Source: Eledone cirrhosa (lineage: Eukaryota). From it: 64,000 bases of DNA. Position 1 is the first letter of the stretch; every line of letters begins with the position of its first letter. Under the pieces are notes generated by a model that saw only the letters and a list, made by a program, of their open reading frames with translations, made no database searches and was not told the DNA's origin. Shown one piece after another: positions 50,989-63,952 of the stretch. A program made the translations under genes and the position numbers. Where the stretch lies: the NCBI GenBank assembly GCA_964016885.1, contig OZ024743.1, positions 117,552,001-117,616,000 of the forward strand, in the 5' to 3' direction.

Positions 50989-51294
50989 TGCAGACTTATT
51001 ATTTTCTCAAATATTTCTAATGATTTTGATAGAGAACTATATATGATTTAAATGACAAATAATCGAATGGTTCCTTTGTCAGTCATCAAAAAGTCACTTT
51101 TATTTTAGTAGACACCAAATAATACCAACTATCAGCAAAACGTGATATAGTTCGGGTGTGATTTTGAACATTTAGTTCCGATTCAATAAAAGAGGAATAT
51201 TAGACGACAATATCAGCTATTCAGTTTATCAATTCAAATAATGTGTTGAACATTCTAAACGAAACCGTCTATATATGAATGTATAGTAAGAGCT

Positions 51295-51300
51295 GTCTCT

Positions 51301-51334
<34 letters not shown>

Positions 51335-51368
51335 TGAAAGGTTGGTGTTTCAAGTCCATCCAGGGACG
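51295..51368 (+). tRNA. trnN: tRNA-Asn(GTT) U41, likely defective
   Basis: copy; G53T, C64T. Confidence 0.7.
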
Positions 51369-51705
51369 TAGTAGTCTAGTTTTGCTTTAGAAACATTCCT
51401 AAAAAATCTGTATATTTAGGTTTACAGCTTGCATTTAGAATTATTTGTAACACTAATACATGTTTCAATATATTAGCCTGATAAAGATTAATTTTGCTTT
51501 ACGTTACCTAAACCATTTCATCTCTACTGGATTGTATTTCACCAAAAATCTTCATATTTCTATCTTAAACGAACACTGATCATCATCTGATGGAACATAT
51601 ACAGTGTATGTTATAAAAAAATTCAAAAGTTTTAACAATCTAAAGTAGATTATATTTATGTTTGTTTAAGTCCTTTCGTAAATATACATTCAGCACGCAC
51701 CATTG

Positions 51706-51778
51706 ATCCGGCTAGCTCAGTCGGTAGAGCAGGAGACACTTAATCTCAGAGTCCAGGGTTCGTGTCCAACGTTGGGTG
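51706..51778 (+). pseudogene. trnK: tRNA-Lys(CTT) pseudogene U42
   Basis: copy. Confidence 0.85.
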
Positions 51779-52173
51779 AAAATGGTATTGTTTCCATGAT
51801 ATGTTTTATAAAATTGACATTAATATTAATATTACGAAATAATTATATGGTACATTCATGTATCATGAACAATTGATATTCACCCTAAATATCTAATTGC
51901 AAAGCGAAATTTTCAGTGACTTTTCAAAGCATTCTTATATATTTATGAAATTATTTTGCTATAGGTATGATATGAATTTACTAATATTAATTTTAGTATA
52001 TAGTACATGCAACAGGAATAAGCAAGTTCAATTCAAATATTTATGTTTTACAAAAAAATTACTCGTTTCTAAATCATATATGATTATATTTCTCGAAGTA
52101 TTTGTTTAATATAAATATATTGTGGCGATACTGATGTAATTATGACGTCAAATAGAGAGTCACTATCTGTACA

Positions 52174-52246
52174 GCCGAAATAGCTCAGTTGGGAGAGCGT
52201 TAGACTGAAGATCTAAAGGTCCCCTGTACAATCCCGGGTTTCGGCA
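52174..52246 (+). tRNA. trnF: tRNA-Phe(GAA) U42
   Basis: copy; T55A. Confidence 0.72.
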
Positions 52247-52552
52247 TGCAGACTTATTATTTTCTCAAATATTTCTAATGATTTTGATAGAGAACTATAT
52301 ATGATTTAAATAACAAATAATCGAATGGTTCCTTTGTCAGTCATCAAAAAGTCACTTTTATTTTAGTAGACACCAAATAATACCAACTATCAGCAAAACG
52401 TCATATAGTTCAGGTGTGTTTTTGAACATTTAGTTCAGATTCAATAAAAGAGGAATATTAGACGACAATATCAGCTATTCAGTTTATCAATTCAAATAAT
52501 GTGTTGAACATTCTAAACGAAACCGTCTATATATGAATGTATAGTAAGAGCT

Positions 52553-52558
52553 GTCTCT

Positions 52559-52592
<34 letters not shown>

Positions 52593-52626
52593 TGAAAGGT
52601 TGGTGGTTCAAGTCCACCCAGGGACG
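52553..52626 (+). tRNA. trnN: tRNA-Asn(GTT) U42
   Basis: copy; intact. Confidence 0.92.
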
Positions 52627-52964
52627 TAAAAGTCTAGTTTTGCTTTAGAAACATTACTAAAGAATCTGTATATTTAGGTTTACAGCTTGCATTCAGAATT
52701 ATTTGTAACACTAATACATGTTTCAATATATTAGCCTGATAAAGATTAATTTTGCTTTACGTTACCTAAACCATTTCATCTCTACTGGATTGTATTTCAC
52801 CAAAAATCTTCATATTTCTATCTTAAACGAACACTGATCATCATCTGATGGAACATATACAGTGTATGTTATAAAAAAAATTCAAATGTTTTAACAATCT
52901 AAAGTAGATTATATTTATGTTTGTTTAAGTTCTTTCGTAAATATACATTCAGCACGCACCATTG

Positions 52965-53037
52965 ATCCGGCTAGCTCAGTCGGTAGAGCAGGAGACACTT
53001 AATCTCAGAGTCCAGGGTTCGTGTCCAACGTTGGGTG
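52965..53037 (+). pseudogene. trnK: tRNA-Lys(CTT) pseudogene U43
   Basis: copy. Confidence 0.85.
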
Positions 53038-53432
53038 AAAATGGTATTGTTTCCATGATATGTTTTATAAAATTGACATTAATATTAATATTACGAAATA
53101 ATTATATGGTACATTCATGTATCATGATCAATTGATATTCACCCTAAATGTCTAATAGCAAAGCGAAATTTTCAGTGAGTTTTCAAAGCATTCTTATATA
53201 TTTATGAAATTATTTTGCTATAGGTATGATATGAATTTACTAATATTAATTTTAGTATATAGAACATGCAACAGGAATAAGCAAGTTCAATTCAAATATT
53301 TATGTTTTACATATAAATTACTCGTTTCTAAATCATAAATGATTATGTTTCTCGAAGTATTTGTTTAATATAAATATATTGTGGCGATACTGATGTAATT
53401 ATGACGTCAAATAGAGAGTCACTAGCTGTACA

Positions 53433-53505
53433 GCCGAAATAGCTCAGTTGGGAGAGCGTTAGACTGAAGATCTAAAGGTCCCCTGTTCAATCCCGGGTTT
53501 CGGCA
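53433..53505 (+). tRNA. trnF: tRNA-Phe(GAA) U43
   Basis: copy. Confidence 0.9.
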
Positions 53506-53811
53506 TGCAGACTTATTATTTTCTCAAATATTTCTAATGATTTTGATAGAGAACTATATATGATTTAAATAACAAATAATCGAATGGTTCCTTTGTCAGT
53601 CATCAAAAAGTCACTTTTATTTTAGTAGACACCAAATAATACCAACTATCAGCAAAACGTCATACAGTTCGGGTGTGTTTTTGAACATTTAGTTCCGATT
53701 CAATAAAAGAGGAATATTAGACGACAATATCAGCTATTCAGTTTATCAATTCAAATAATGTGTTGAACATTCTAAACGAAACCGTCTATATATGAATGTA
53801 TAGTAAGAGCT

Positions 53812-53817
53812 GTCTCT

Positions 53818-53851
<34 letters not shown>

Positions 53852-53885
53852 TGAAAGGTTGGTGGTTCAAGTCCACCCAGGGACG
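53812..53885 (+). tRNA. trnN: tRNA-Asn(GTT) U43
   Basis: copy; intact. Confidence 0.92.
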
Positions 53886-54221
53886 TAATAGTCTACTTTT
53901 GCTTTAGAAACATTACTAAAAAATCTGTATATTTAGGTTTACAGCTTGCATTCAGAATTATTTGTAACACTAATACATGTTTCAATATATTAGCCTGATA
54001 AAGATTAATTTTGCTTTACGTTACCTAAACCATTTCATCTCTACTGGATTGTATTTCACCAAAAATCTTCATATTTCTATCTTAAACGAACACTGATCAT
54101 CATCTGATGGAACATATAAAGTGTATGTTATAAAAAAAATTCAAATGTTTTAACAATCTAAAGTAGATTATATTTGTTTGTTTAAGTTCTTTCGTAAATA
54201 TACATTCAACACGCACCATTG

Positions 54222-54294
54222 ATCCGGCTAGCTCAGTCGGTAGAGCAGGAGACACTTAATCTCAGAGTCCAGGGTTCGTGTCCAACGTTGGGTG
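54222..54294 (+). pseudogene. trnK: tRNA-Lys(CTT) pseudogene U44
   Basis: copy. Confidence 0.85.
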
Positions 54295-54689
54295 AAAATG
54301 GTATTGTTTCCATGATATGTTTTATAAAATTGACATTAATATTAATATTACGAAATAATTATATGGTACATTCATGTATCATGATCAATTGATATTCACC
54401 CTAAATATCTAATAGCAAAGCGAAATTTTCAGTGAGTTTTCAAAACATTCTTATATATTTATGAAATTATTTTGCTATAGGTATGATATGAATTTACTAA
54501 TATTAATTTTAGTATATAGAACATGCAACAGGAATAAGCAAGTTCAATTCAAATATTTATGTTTTACATATAAATTACTCGTTTCTAAATCATAAATGAT
54601 TATATTTCTCGAAGTATTTGTTTAATATAAATATATTGTGGCGATACTGATGTAATTATGACGTCAAATAGAGAGTCACTAGCTGTACA

Positions 54690-54762
54690 GCCGAAATAGC
54701 TCAGTTGGGAGAGCGTTAGACTGAAGATCTAAAGGTCCCCTGTTCAATCCCGGGTTTCGGCA
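54690..54762 (+). tRNA. trnF: tRNA-Phe(GAA) U44
   Basis: copy. Confidence 0.9.
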
Positions 54763-55068
54763 TGCAGACTTATTATTTTCTCAAATATTTCTAATGATTT
54801 TGATAGAGAACTATATATGATTTAAATAACAAATAATCGAATGGTTCCTTTGTCAGTCATCAAAAAGTCACTTTTATTTTAGTAGACACCAAATAATACC
54901 AACTATCAGCAAAACGTCATATAGTTCAGGTGTGTTTTTGAACATTTAGTTCCGATTCAATAAAAGAGGAATATTAGACGACAATATCAGCTATTCAGTT
55001 TATCAATTCAAATAATGTGTTGAACATTCTAAACGAAACCGTCTATATATGAATGTATAGTAAGAGCT

Positions 55069-55074
55069 GTCTCT

Positions 55075-55108
<34 letters not shown>

Positions 55109-55142
55109 TGAAAGGTTGGTGGTTCAAGTCCACCCAGGGACG
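55069..55142 (+). tRNA. trnN: tRNA-Asn(GTT) U44
   Basis: copy; intact. Confidence 0.92.
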
Positions 55143-55480
55143 TAATAGTCTACTTTTGCTTTAGAAACATTACTAAAAAATCTGTATATTTTGGTTTACA
55201 GCTTGCATTTAGAATTATTTGTAACACTAATACATGTTTCAATATATTAGCCTGATAAAGATTAATTTTGCTTTACGTTACCTAAACCTTTTCATCTCTA
55301 CTGGATTGTATTTCACCAAAAATCTTCATATTTCTATCTTAAACGAACACTGATCATCATCTGATGGAACATATAAAGTGTATGTTATAAAAAAAATTCA
55401 AAAGTTTTAACAATCTAAAGTAGATTATATTTATGTTTGTTTAAGTCCTTTCATAAATATACATTCAGCACGCACCATTG

Positions 55481-55552
55481 ATCTGGCTAGCTCAGTCGGT
55501 AGAGCAGGAGACACTTAATCTCAGAGTCCACGGTTCGTGTCCACGTTGGGTG
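55481..55552 (+). pseudogene. trnK: tRNA-Lys(CTT) pseudogene U45
   Basis: copy; 1-nt deletion type. Confidence 0.85.
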
Positions 55553-55947
55553 AAAATGGTATTGTTTCCATGATATGTTTTATAAAATTGACATTAATAT
55601 TAATATTACGAAATAATTATATGGTACATTCATGTATCATGATCAATTGATATTCACCCTAAATGTCTAATAGCAAAGCGAAATTTTCAGTGAGTTTTCA
55701 AAGCATTCTTATATATTTATGAAATTATTTTGCTATAGGTATGATATGAATTTACTAATATTAATTTTAGTATATAGAACATGCAACAGGAATAAGCAAG
55801 TTCAATTAAAATATTTATGTTTTACATATAAATTACTCGTTTCTAAATCATAAATGATTATATTTCTCGAAGTATTTGTTTAATATAAATATATTGTGGC
55901 GATACTGATGTAATTATGACGTCAAATAGAGAGTCACTAGCTGTACA

Positions 55948-56020
55948 GCCGAAATAGCTCAGTTGGGAGAGCGTTAGACTGAAGATCTAAAGGTCCCCTG
56001 TTCAATCCCGGGTTTCGGCA
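55948..56020 (+). tRNA. trnF: tRNA-Phe(GAA) U45
   Basis: copy. Confidence 0.9.
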
Positions 56021-56326
56021 TGCAGACTTATTATTTTCTCAAATATTTCTAATGATTTTGATAGAGAACTATATATGATTTAAATAACAAATAATCGAAT
56101 GGTTCCTTTGTCAGTCATCAAAAAGTCACTTTTATTTTAGTAGACACCAAATAATACCAACTATCAGCAAAACGTCATACAGTTCGGGTGTGTTTTTGAA
56201 CATTTAGTTCCGATTCAATAAAAGAGGAATATTAGACGACAATATCAGCTATTCAGTTTATCAATTCAAATAATGTGTTGAACATTCTAAACGAAACCGT
56301 CTATATATGAATGTATAGTAAGAGCT

Positions 56327-56332
56327 GTCTCT

Positions 56333-56366
<34 letters not shown>

Positions 56367-56400
56367 TGAAAGGTTGGTGGTTCAAGTCCACCCAGGGACG
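56327..56400 (+). tRNA. trnN: tRNA-Asn(GTT) U45
   Basis: copy; intact. Confidence 0.92.
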
Positions 56401-56738
56401 TAATAGTCTACTTTTGCTTTAGAAACATTACTAAAAAATCTGTATATTTAGGTTTACAGCTTGCATTCAGAATTATTTGTAACACTAATGCATGTTTCAA
56501 TATATTAGCCTGATAAAAATTAATTTTGCTTTACGTTACCTAAACCATTTCATCTCTACTGGATTGTATTTCACCAAAAATCTTCATATTTCTATCTTAA
56601 ACGAACACTGATCATCATCTGATGGAACATATACAGTGTATGTTATAAAAAAAATTCAAAAGTTTTAACAATCTAAAGTAGATTATATTTATGTTTGTTT
56701 AAGTCCTTTCGTAAATATACATTCAGCACGCACCATTG

Positions 56739-56811
56739 ATCCGGCTAGCTCAGTCGGTAGAGCAGGAGACACTTAATCTCAGAGTCCAGGGTTCGTGTCC
56801 AACGTTGGGTG
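56739..56811 (+). pseudogene. trnK: tRNA-Lys(CTT) pseudogene U46
   Basis: copy. Confidence 0.85.
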
Positions 56812-57206
56812 AAAATGGTATTGTTTCCATGATATGTTTTATAAAATTGACATTAATATTAATATTACGAAATAATTATATGGTACATTCATGTATCATG
56901 AACAATTGATATTCACCCTAAATATCTAATTGCAAAGCGAAATTTTCAGTGACTTTTCAAAGCATTCTTATATATTTATGAAATTATTTTGCTATAGGTA
57001 TGATATGAATTTACTAATATTAATTTTAGTATATAGAACATGCAACAGGAATAAGCAAGTTCAATTCAAATATTTATGTTTTACAAAAAAATTACTCGTT
57101 TCTAAATCATATATGATTATATTTCTCGAAGTATTTGTTTAATATAAATATATTGTGGCGATACTGATGTAATTATGACGTCAAATAGAGAGTCACTAAC
57201 TGTACA

Positions 57207-57279
57207 GCCGAAATAGCTCAGTTGGGAGAGCGTTAGACTGAAGATCTAAAGGTCCCCTGTACAATCCCGGGTTTCGGCA
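57207..57279 (+). tRNA. trnF: tRNA-Phe(GAA) U46
   Basis: copy; T55A. Confidence 0.72.
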
Positions 57280-57585
57280 TGCAGACTTATTATTTTCTCA
57301 AATATTTCTAATGATTTTGATAGAGAACTATATATGATTTAAATAACAAATAATCGAATGGTTCCTTTGTCAGTCATCAAAAAGTCACTTTTATTTTAGT
57401 AGACACCAAATAATACCAACTATCAGCAAAACGTCATATAGTTCAGGTGTGTTTTTGAACATTTAGTTCAGATTCAATAAAAGAGGAATATTAGACGACA
57501 ATATCAGCTATTCAGTTTATCAATTCAAATAATGTGTTGAACATTCTAAACGAAACCGTCTATATATGAATGTATAGTAAGAGCT

Positions 57586-57591
57586 GTCTCT

Positions 57592-57625
<34 letters not shown>

Positions 57626-57659
57626 TGAAAGGTTGGTGGTTCAAGTCCACCCAGGGACG
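57586..57659 (+). tRNA. trnN: tRNA-Asn(GTT) U46
   Basis: copy; intact. Confidence 0.92.
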
Positions 57660-57997
57660 TAATAGTCTAGTTTTGCTTTAGAAACATTACTAAAGAATCT
57701 GTATATTTAGGTTTACTTCTTGCATTCAGAATTATTTGTAACACTAATACATGTTTCAATATATTAGCCTGATAAAGATTAATTTTGCTTTACGTTACCT
57801 AAACCATTTCATCTCTACTGGATTGTATTTCACCAAAAATCTTCATATTTCTATCTTAAACGAACACTGATCATCATCTGATGGAACATATACAGTGTAT
57901 GTTATAAAAAAAATTCAAATGTTTTAACAATCTAAAGTAGATTATATTTATGTTTGTTTAAGTCCTTTCGTAAATATACATTCAGCACGCACCATTG

Positions 57998-58070
57998 ATC
58001 CGGCTAGCTCAGTCGGTAGAGCAGGAGACACTTAATCTCAGAGTCCAGGGTTCGTGTCCAACGTTGGGTG
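57998..58070 (+). pseudogene. trnK: tRNA-Lys(CTT) pseudogene U47
   Basis: copy. Confidence 0.85.
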
Positions 58071-58465
58071 AAAATGGTATTGTTTCCATGATATGTTTTA
58101 TAAAATTGACATTAATATTAATATTACGAAATAATTATATGGTACATTCATGTATCATGAACAATTGATATTCACCCTAAATATCTAATTGCAAAGCGAA
58201 ATTTTCAGTGACTTTTCAAAGCATTCTTATATATTTATGAAATTATTTTGCTATAGGTATGATATGAATTTACTAATATTAATTTTAGTATATAGAACAT
58301 GCAACAGGAATAAGCAAGTTCAATTCAAATATTTATGTTTTACAAAAAAATTACTCGTTTCTAAATCATATATGATTATATTTCTCGAAGTATTTGTTTA
58401 ATATAAATATATTGTGGCGATACTGATGTAATTATGACGTCAAATAGAGAGTCACTATCTGTACA

Positions 58466-58538
58466 GCCGAAATAGCTCAGTTGGGAGAGCGTTAGACTGA
58501 AGATCTAAAGGTCCCCTGTACAATCCCGGGTTTCGGCA
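58466..58538 (+). tRNA. trnF: tRNA-Phe(GAA) U47
   Basis: copy; T55A. Confidence 0.72.
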
Positions 58539-58844
58539 TGCAGACTTATTATTTTCTCAAATATTTCTAATGATTTTGATAGAGAACTATATATGATTTA
58601 AATAACAAATAATCGAATGGTTCCTTTGTCAGTCATCAAAAAGTCACTTTTATTTTAGTAGACACCAAATAATACCAACTATCAGCAAAACGTCATATAG
58701 TTCAGGTGTGTTTTTGAACATTTAGTTCAGATTCAATAAAAGAGGAATATTAGACGACAATATCAGCTATTCAGTTTATCAATTCAAATAATGTGTTGAA
58801 CATTCTAAACGAAACCGTCTATATATGAATGTATAGTAAGAGCT

Positions 58845-58850
58845 GACTCT

Positions 58851-58884
<34 letters not shown>

Positions 58885-58918
58885 TGAAAGGTTGGTGGTT
58901 CAAGTCCACCCAGGGACG
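58845..58918 (+). tRNA. trnN: tRNA-Asn(GTT) U47
   Basis: copy; T2A. Confidence 0.8.
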
Positions 58919-59256
58919 TAATAGTCTAGTTTTGCTTTAGAAACATTACTAAAGAATCTGTATATTTAGGTTTACATCTTGCATTCAGAATTATTTGTAA
59001 CACTAATACATGTTTCAATATATTAGCCTGATAAAGATTAATTTTGCTTTACGTTACCTAAACCATTTCATCTCTACTGGATTGTATTTCACCAAAAATC
59101 TTCATATTTCTATCTTAAACGAACACTGATCATCATCTGATGGAACATATACAGTGTATGTTATAAAAAAAATTCAAATGTTTTAACAATCTAAAGTAGA
59201 TTATATTTATGTTTGTTTAAGTTCTTTCGTAAATATACATTCAGCACGCACCATTG

Positions 59257-59329
59257 ATCCGGCTAGCTCAGTCGGTAGAGCAGGAGACACTTAATCTCAG
59301 AGTCCAGGGTTTGTGTCCAACGTTGGGTG
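59257..59329 (+). pseudogene. trnK: tRNA-Lys(CTT) pseudogene U48
   Basis: copy; C56T. Confidence 0.85.
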
Positions 59330-59724
59330 AAAATGGTATTGTTTCCATGATATGTTTTATAAAATTGACATTAATATTAATATTACGAAATAATTATATG
59401 GTACATTCATGTATCATGAACAATTGATATTCACCCTAAATATCTAATTGCAAAGCGAAATTTTCAGTGAGTTTTCAAAGCATTCTTATATATTTATGAA
59501 ATTATTTTGCTATAGGTATGATATGAATTTACTAATATTAATTTTAGTATATAGAACATGCAACAGGAATAAGCAAGTTCAATTCAAATATTTATGTTTT
59601 ACAAAAAAATTACTCGTTTCTAAATCATAAATGATTATATTTCTCGAAGTATTTGTTTAATATAAATATATTGTGGCGATACTGATGTAATTATGACGTC
59701 AAATAGAGAATAACTAGCTGTACA

Positions 59725-59797
59725 GCCGAAATAGCTCAGTTGGGAGAGCGTTAGACTGAAGATCTAAAGGTCCCCTGTTCAATCCCGGGTTTCGGCA
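59725..59797 (+). tRNA. trnF: tRNA-Phe(GAA) U48
   Basis: copy. Confidence 0.9.
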
Positions 59798-60103
59798 TGC
59801 AGACTTATTATTTTCTCAAATATTTCTAATGATTTTGATAGAGAACTATATATGATTTAAATGACAAATAATCGAATGGTTCCTTTGTCAGTCATCAAAA
59901 AGTCACTTTTATTTTAGTAGACACCAAATAATACCAACTATCAGCAAAACGTGATATAGTTTGGGTGTGATTTTGAACATTTAGTTCCGATTCAATAAAA
60001 GAGGAATATTAGACGACAATATCAGCTATTCAGTTTATCAATTCAAATAATGTGTTGAACATTCTAAACGAAACCGTCTATATATGAATGTATAGCAAGA
60101 GCT

Positions 60104-60109
60104 GTCTCT

Positions 60110-60143
<34 letters not shown>

Positions 60144-60177
60144 TGAAAGGTTGGTGTTTCAAGTCCATCCAGGGACG
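60104..60177 (+). tRNA. trnN: tRNA-Asn(GTT) U48, likely defective
   Basis: copy; G53T, C64T. Confidence 0.7.
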
Positions 60178-60513
60178 TAGTAGTCTAGTTTTGCTTTAGA
60201 AACATTCCTAAAAAATCTGTATATTTAGGTTTACAGCTTGCATTTAGAATTATTTGTAACACTAATACATCTTTCAATATATTAGCCTGATAAAGATTAA
60301 TTTTGCTTTACGTTACCTAAACCATTTCATCTCTACTGGATTGTATTTCACCAAAAATCTTCATATTTCTATCTTAAACGAACACTGATCATCATCTGAT
60401 GGAACATATAAAGTGTATGTTATAAAAAAAATTCAAATGTTTTAACAATCTAAAGTAGATTATATTTGTTTGTTTAAGTTCTTTCGTAAATATACATTCA
60501 TCACGCACCATTG

Positions 60514-60586
60514 ATCCGGCTAGCTCAGTCGGTAGAGCAGGAGACACTTAATCTCAGAGTCCAGGGTTCGTGTCCAACGTTGGGTG
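60514..60586 (+). pseudogene. trnK: tRNA-Lys(CTT) pseudogene U49
   Basis: copy. Confidence 0.85.
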
Positions 60587-60981
60587 AAAATGGTATTGTT
60601 TCCATGATATGTTTTATAAAATTGACATTAATATTAATATTACGAAATAATTATATGGTACATTCATGTATCATGATCAATTGATATTCACCCTAAATAT
60701 CTAATAGCAAAGCGAAATTTTCAGTGAGTTTTCAAAACATTCTTATATATTTATGAAATTATTTTGCTATAGGTATGATATGAATTTACTAATATTAATT
60801 TTAGTATATAGAACATGCAACAGGAATAAGCAAGTTCAATTCAAATATTTATGTTTTACATATAAATTACTCGTTTCTAAATCATAAATGATTATATTTC
60901 TCGAAGTATTTGTTTAATATAAATATATTGTGGCGATACTGATGTAATTATGACGTCAAATAGAGAGTCACTAGCTGTACA

Positions 60982-61054
60982 GCCGAAATAGCTCAGTTGG
61001 GAGAGCGTTAGACTGAAGATCTAAAGGTCCCCTGTTCAATCCCGGGTTTCGGCA
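60982..61054 (+). tRNA. trnF: tRNA-Phe(GAA) U49
   Basis: copy. Confidence 0.9.
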
Positions 61055-61360
61055 TGCAGACTTATTATTTTCTCAAATATTTCTAATGATTTTGATAGAG
61101 AACTATATATGATTTAAATAACAAATAATCGAATGGTTCCTTTGTCAGTCATCAAAAAGTCACTTTTATTTTAGTAGACACCAAATAATACCAACTATCA
61201 GCAAAACGTCATATAGTTCAGGTGTGTTTTTGAACATTTAGTTCCGATTCAATAAAAGAGGAATATTAGACGACAATATCAGCTATTCAGTTTATCAATT
61301 CAAATAATGTGTTGAACATTCTAAACGAAACCGTCTATATATGAATGTATAGTAAGAGCT

Positions 61361-61366
61361 GTCTCT

Positions 61367-61400
<34 letters not shown>

Positions 61401-61434
61401 TGAAAGGTTGGTGGTTCAAGTCCACCCAGGGACG
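61361..61434 (+). tRNA. trnN: tRNA-Asn(GTT) U49
   Basis: copy; intact. Confidence 0.92.
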
Positions 61435-61772
61435 TAATAGTCTACTTTTGCTTTAGAAACATTACTAAAAAATCTGTATATTTTGGTTTACAGCTTGCAT
61501 TTAGAATTATTTGTAACACTAATACATGTTTCAATATATTAGCCTGATAAAGATTAATTTTGCTTTACGTTACCTAAACCTTTTCATCTCTACTGGATTG
61601 TATTTCACCAAAAATCTTCATATTTCTATCTTAAACGAACACTGATCATCATCTGATGGAACATATAAAGTGTATGTTATGAAAAAAATTCAAATGTTTT
61701 AACAATCTAAAGTAGATTATATTTATGTTTGTTTAAGTTCTTTCGCAAATATACATTCAGCACGCACCATTG

Positions 61773-61845
61773 ATCCGGCTAGCTCAGTCGGTAGAGCAGG
61801 AGACACTTAATCTCAGAGTCCAGGGTTCGTGTCCAACGTTGGGTA
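61773..61845 (+). pseudogene. trnK: tRNA-Lys(CTT) pseudogene U50
   Basis: copy. Confidence 0.85.
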
Positions 61846-62240
61846 AAAATGGTATTGTTTCCATGATATGTTTTATAAAATTGACATTAATATTAATATT
61901 ACGAAATAATTATATGGTACATTCATGTATCATGATCAATTGATATTCACCCTAAATGTCTAATAGCAAAGCGAAATTTTCAGTGAGTTTTCAAAGCATT
62001 CTTATATATTTATGAAATTATTTTGCTATAGGTATGATATGAATTTACTAATATTAATTTTAGTATATAGAACATGCAACAGGAATAAGCAAGTTCAATT
62101 CAAATATTTATGTTTTACATATAAATTACTCGTTTCTAAATCATAAATGATTATATTTCTCGAAGTATTTGTTTAATATAAATATATTGTGGCGATACTG
62201 ATGTAATTATGACGTCAAATAGAGAGTCACTAGCTGTACA

Positions 62241-62313
62241 GCCGAAATAGCTCAGTTGGGAGAGCGTTAGACTGAAGATCTAAAGGTCCCCTGTTCAATC
62301 CCGGGTTTCGGCA
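62241..62313 (+). tRNA. trnF: tRNA-Phe(GAA) U50
   Basis: copy. Confidence 0.9.
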
Positions 62314-62619
62314 TGCAGACTTATTATTTTCTCAAATATTTCTAATGATTTTGATAGAGAACTATATATGATTTAAATAACAAATAATCGAATGGTTCCT
62401 TTGTCAGTCATCAAAAAGTCACTTTTATTTTAGTAGACACCAAATAATACCAACTATCAGCAAAACGTCATACAGTTCGGGTGTGTTTTTGAACATTTAG
62501 TTCCGATTCAATAAAAGAGGAATATTAGACGACAATATCAGCTATTCAGTTTATCAATTCAAATAATGTGTTGAACATTCTAAACGAAACCGTCTATATA
62601 TGAATGTATAGTAAGAGCT

Positions 62620-62625
62620 GTCTCT

Positions 62626-62659
<34 letters not shown>

Positions 62660-62693
62660 TGAAAGGTTGGTGGTTCAAGTCCACCCAGGGACG
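62620..62693 (+). tRNA. trnN: tRNA-Asn(GTT) U50
   Basis: copy; intact. Confidence 0.92.
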
Positions 62694-63031
62694 TAATAGT
62701 CTACTTTTGCTTTAGAAACATTACTAAAAAATCTGTATATTTTGGTTTACAGCTTGCATTTAGAATTATTTGTAACACTAATACATGTTTCAATATATTA
62801 GCCTGATAAAGATTAATTTTGCTTTACGTTACCTAAACCTTTTCATCTCTACTGGATTGTATTTCACCAAAAATCTTCATATTTCTATCTTAAACGAACA
62901 CTGATCATCATCTGATGGAACATATAAAGTGTATGTTATGAAAAAAATTCAAATGTTTTAACAATCTAAAGTAGATTATATTTATGTTTGTTTAAGTTCT
63001 TTCGCAAATATACATTCAGCACGCACCATTG

Positions 63032-63104
63032 ATCCGGCTAGCTCAGTCGGTAGAGCAGGAGACACTTAATCTCAGAGTCCAGGGTTCGTGTCCAACGTTG
63101 GGTA
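63032..63104 (+). pseudogene. trnK: tRNA-Lys(CTT) pseudogene U51
   Basis: copy. Confidence 0.85.
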
Positions 63105-63499
63105 AAAATGGTATTGTTTCCATGATATGTTTTATAAAATTGACATTAATATTAATATTACGAAATAATTATATGGTACATTCATGTATCATGATCAATT
63201 GATATTCACCCTAAATGTCTAATAGCAAAGCGAAATTTTCAGTGAGTTTTCAAAGCATTCTTATATATTTATGAAATTATTTTGCTATAGGTATGATATG
63301 AATTTACTAATATTAATTTTAGTATATAGAACATGCAACAGGAATAAGCAAGTTCAATTCAAATATTTATGTTTTACATATAAATTACTCGTTTCTAAAT
63401 CATAAATGATTATATTTCTCGAAGTATTTGTTTAATATAAATATATTGTGGCGATACTGATGTAATTATGACGTCAAATAGAGAGTCACTAGCTGTACA

Positions 63500-63572
63500 G
63501 CCGAAATAGCTCAGTTGGGAGAGCGTTAGACTGAAGATCTAAAGGTCCCCTGTTCAATCCCGGGTTTCGGCA
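63500..63572 (+). tRNA. trnF: tRNA-Phe(GAA) U51
   Basis: copy. Confidence 0.9.
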
Positions 63573-63878
63573 TGCAGACTTATTATTTTCTCAAATATTT
63601 CTAATGATTTTGATAGAGAACTATATATGATTTAAATAACAAATAATCGAATGGTTCCTTTGTCAGTCATCAAAAAGTCACTTTTATTTTAGTAGACACC
63701 AAATAATACCAACTATCAGCAAAACGTCATACAGTTCGGGTGTGTTTTTGAACATTTAGTTCCGATTCAATAAAAGAGGAATATTAGACGACAATATCAG
63801 CTATTCAGTTTATCAATTCAAATAATGTGTTGAACATTCTAAACGAAACCGTCTATATATGAATGTATAGTAAGAGCT

Positions 63879-63884
63879 GTCTCT

Positions 63885-63918
<34 letters not shown>

Positions 63919-63952
63919 TGAAAGGTTGGTGGTTCAAGTCCACCCAGGGACG
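63879..63952 (+). tRNA. trnN: tRNA-Asn(GTT) U51
   Basis: copy; intact. Confidence 0.92.
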
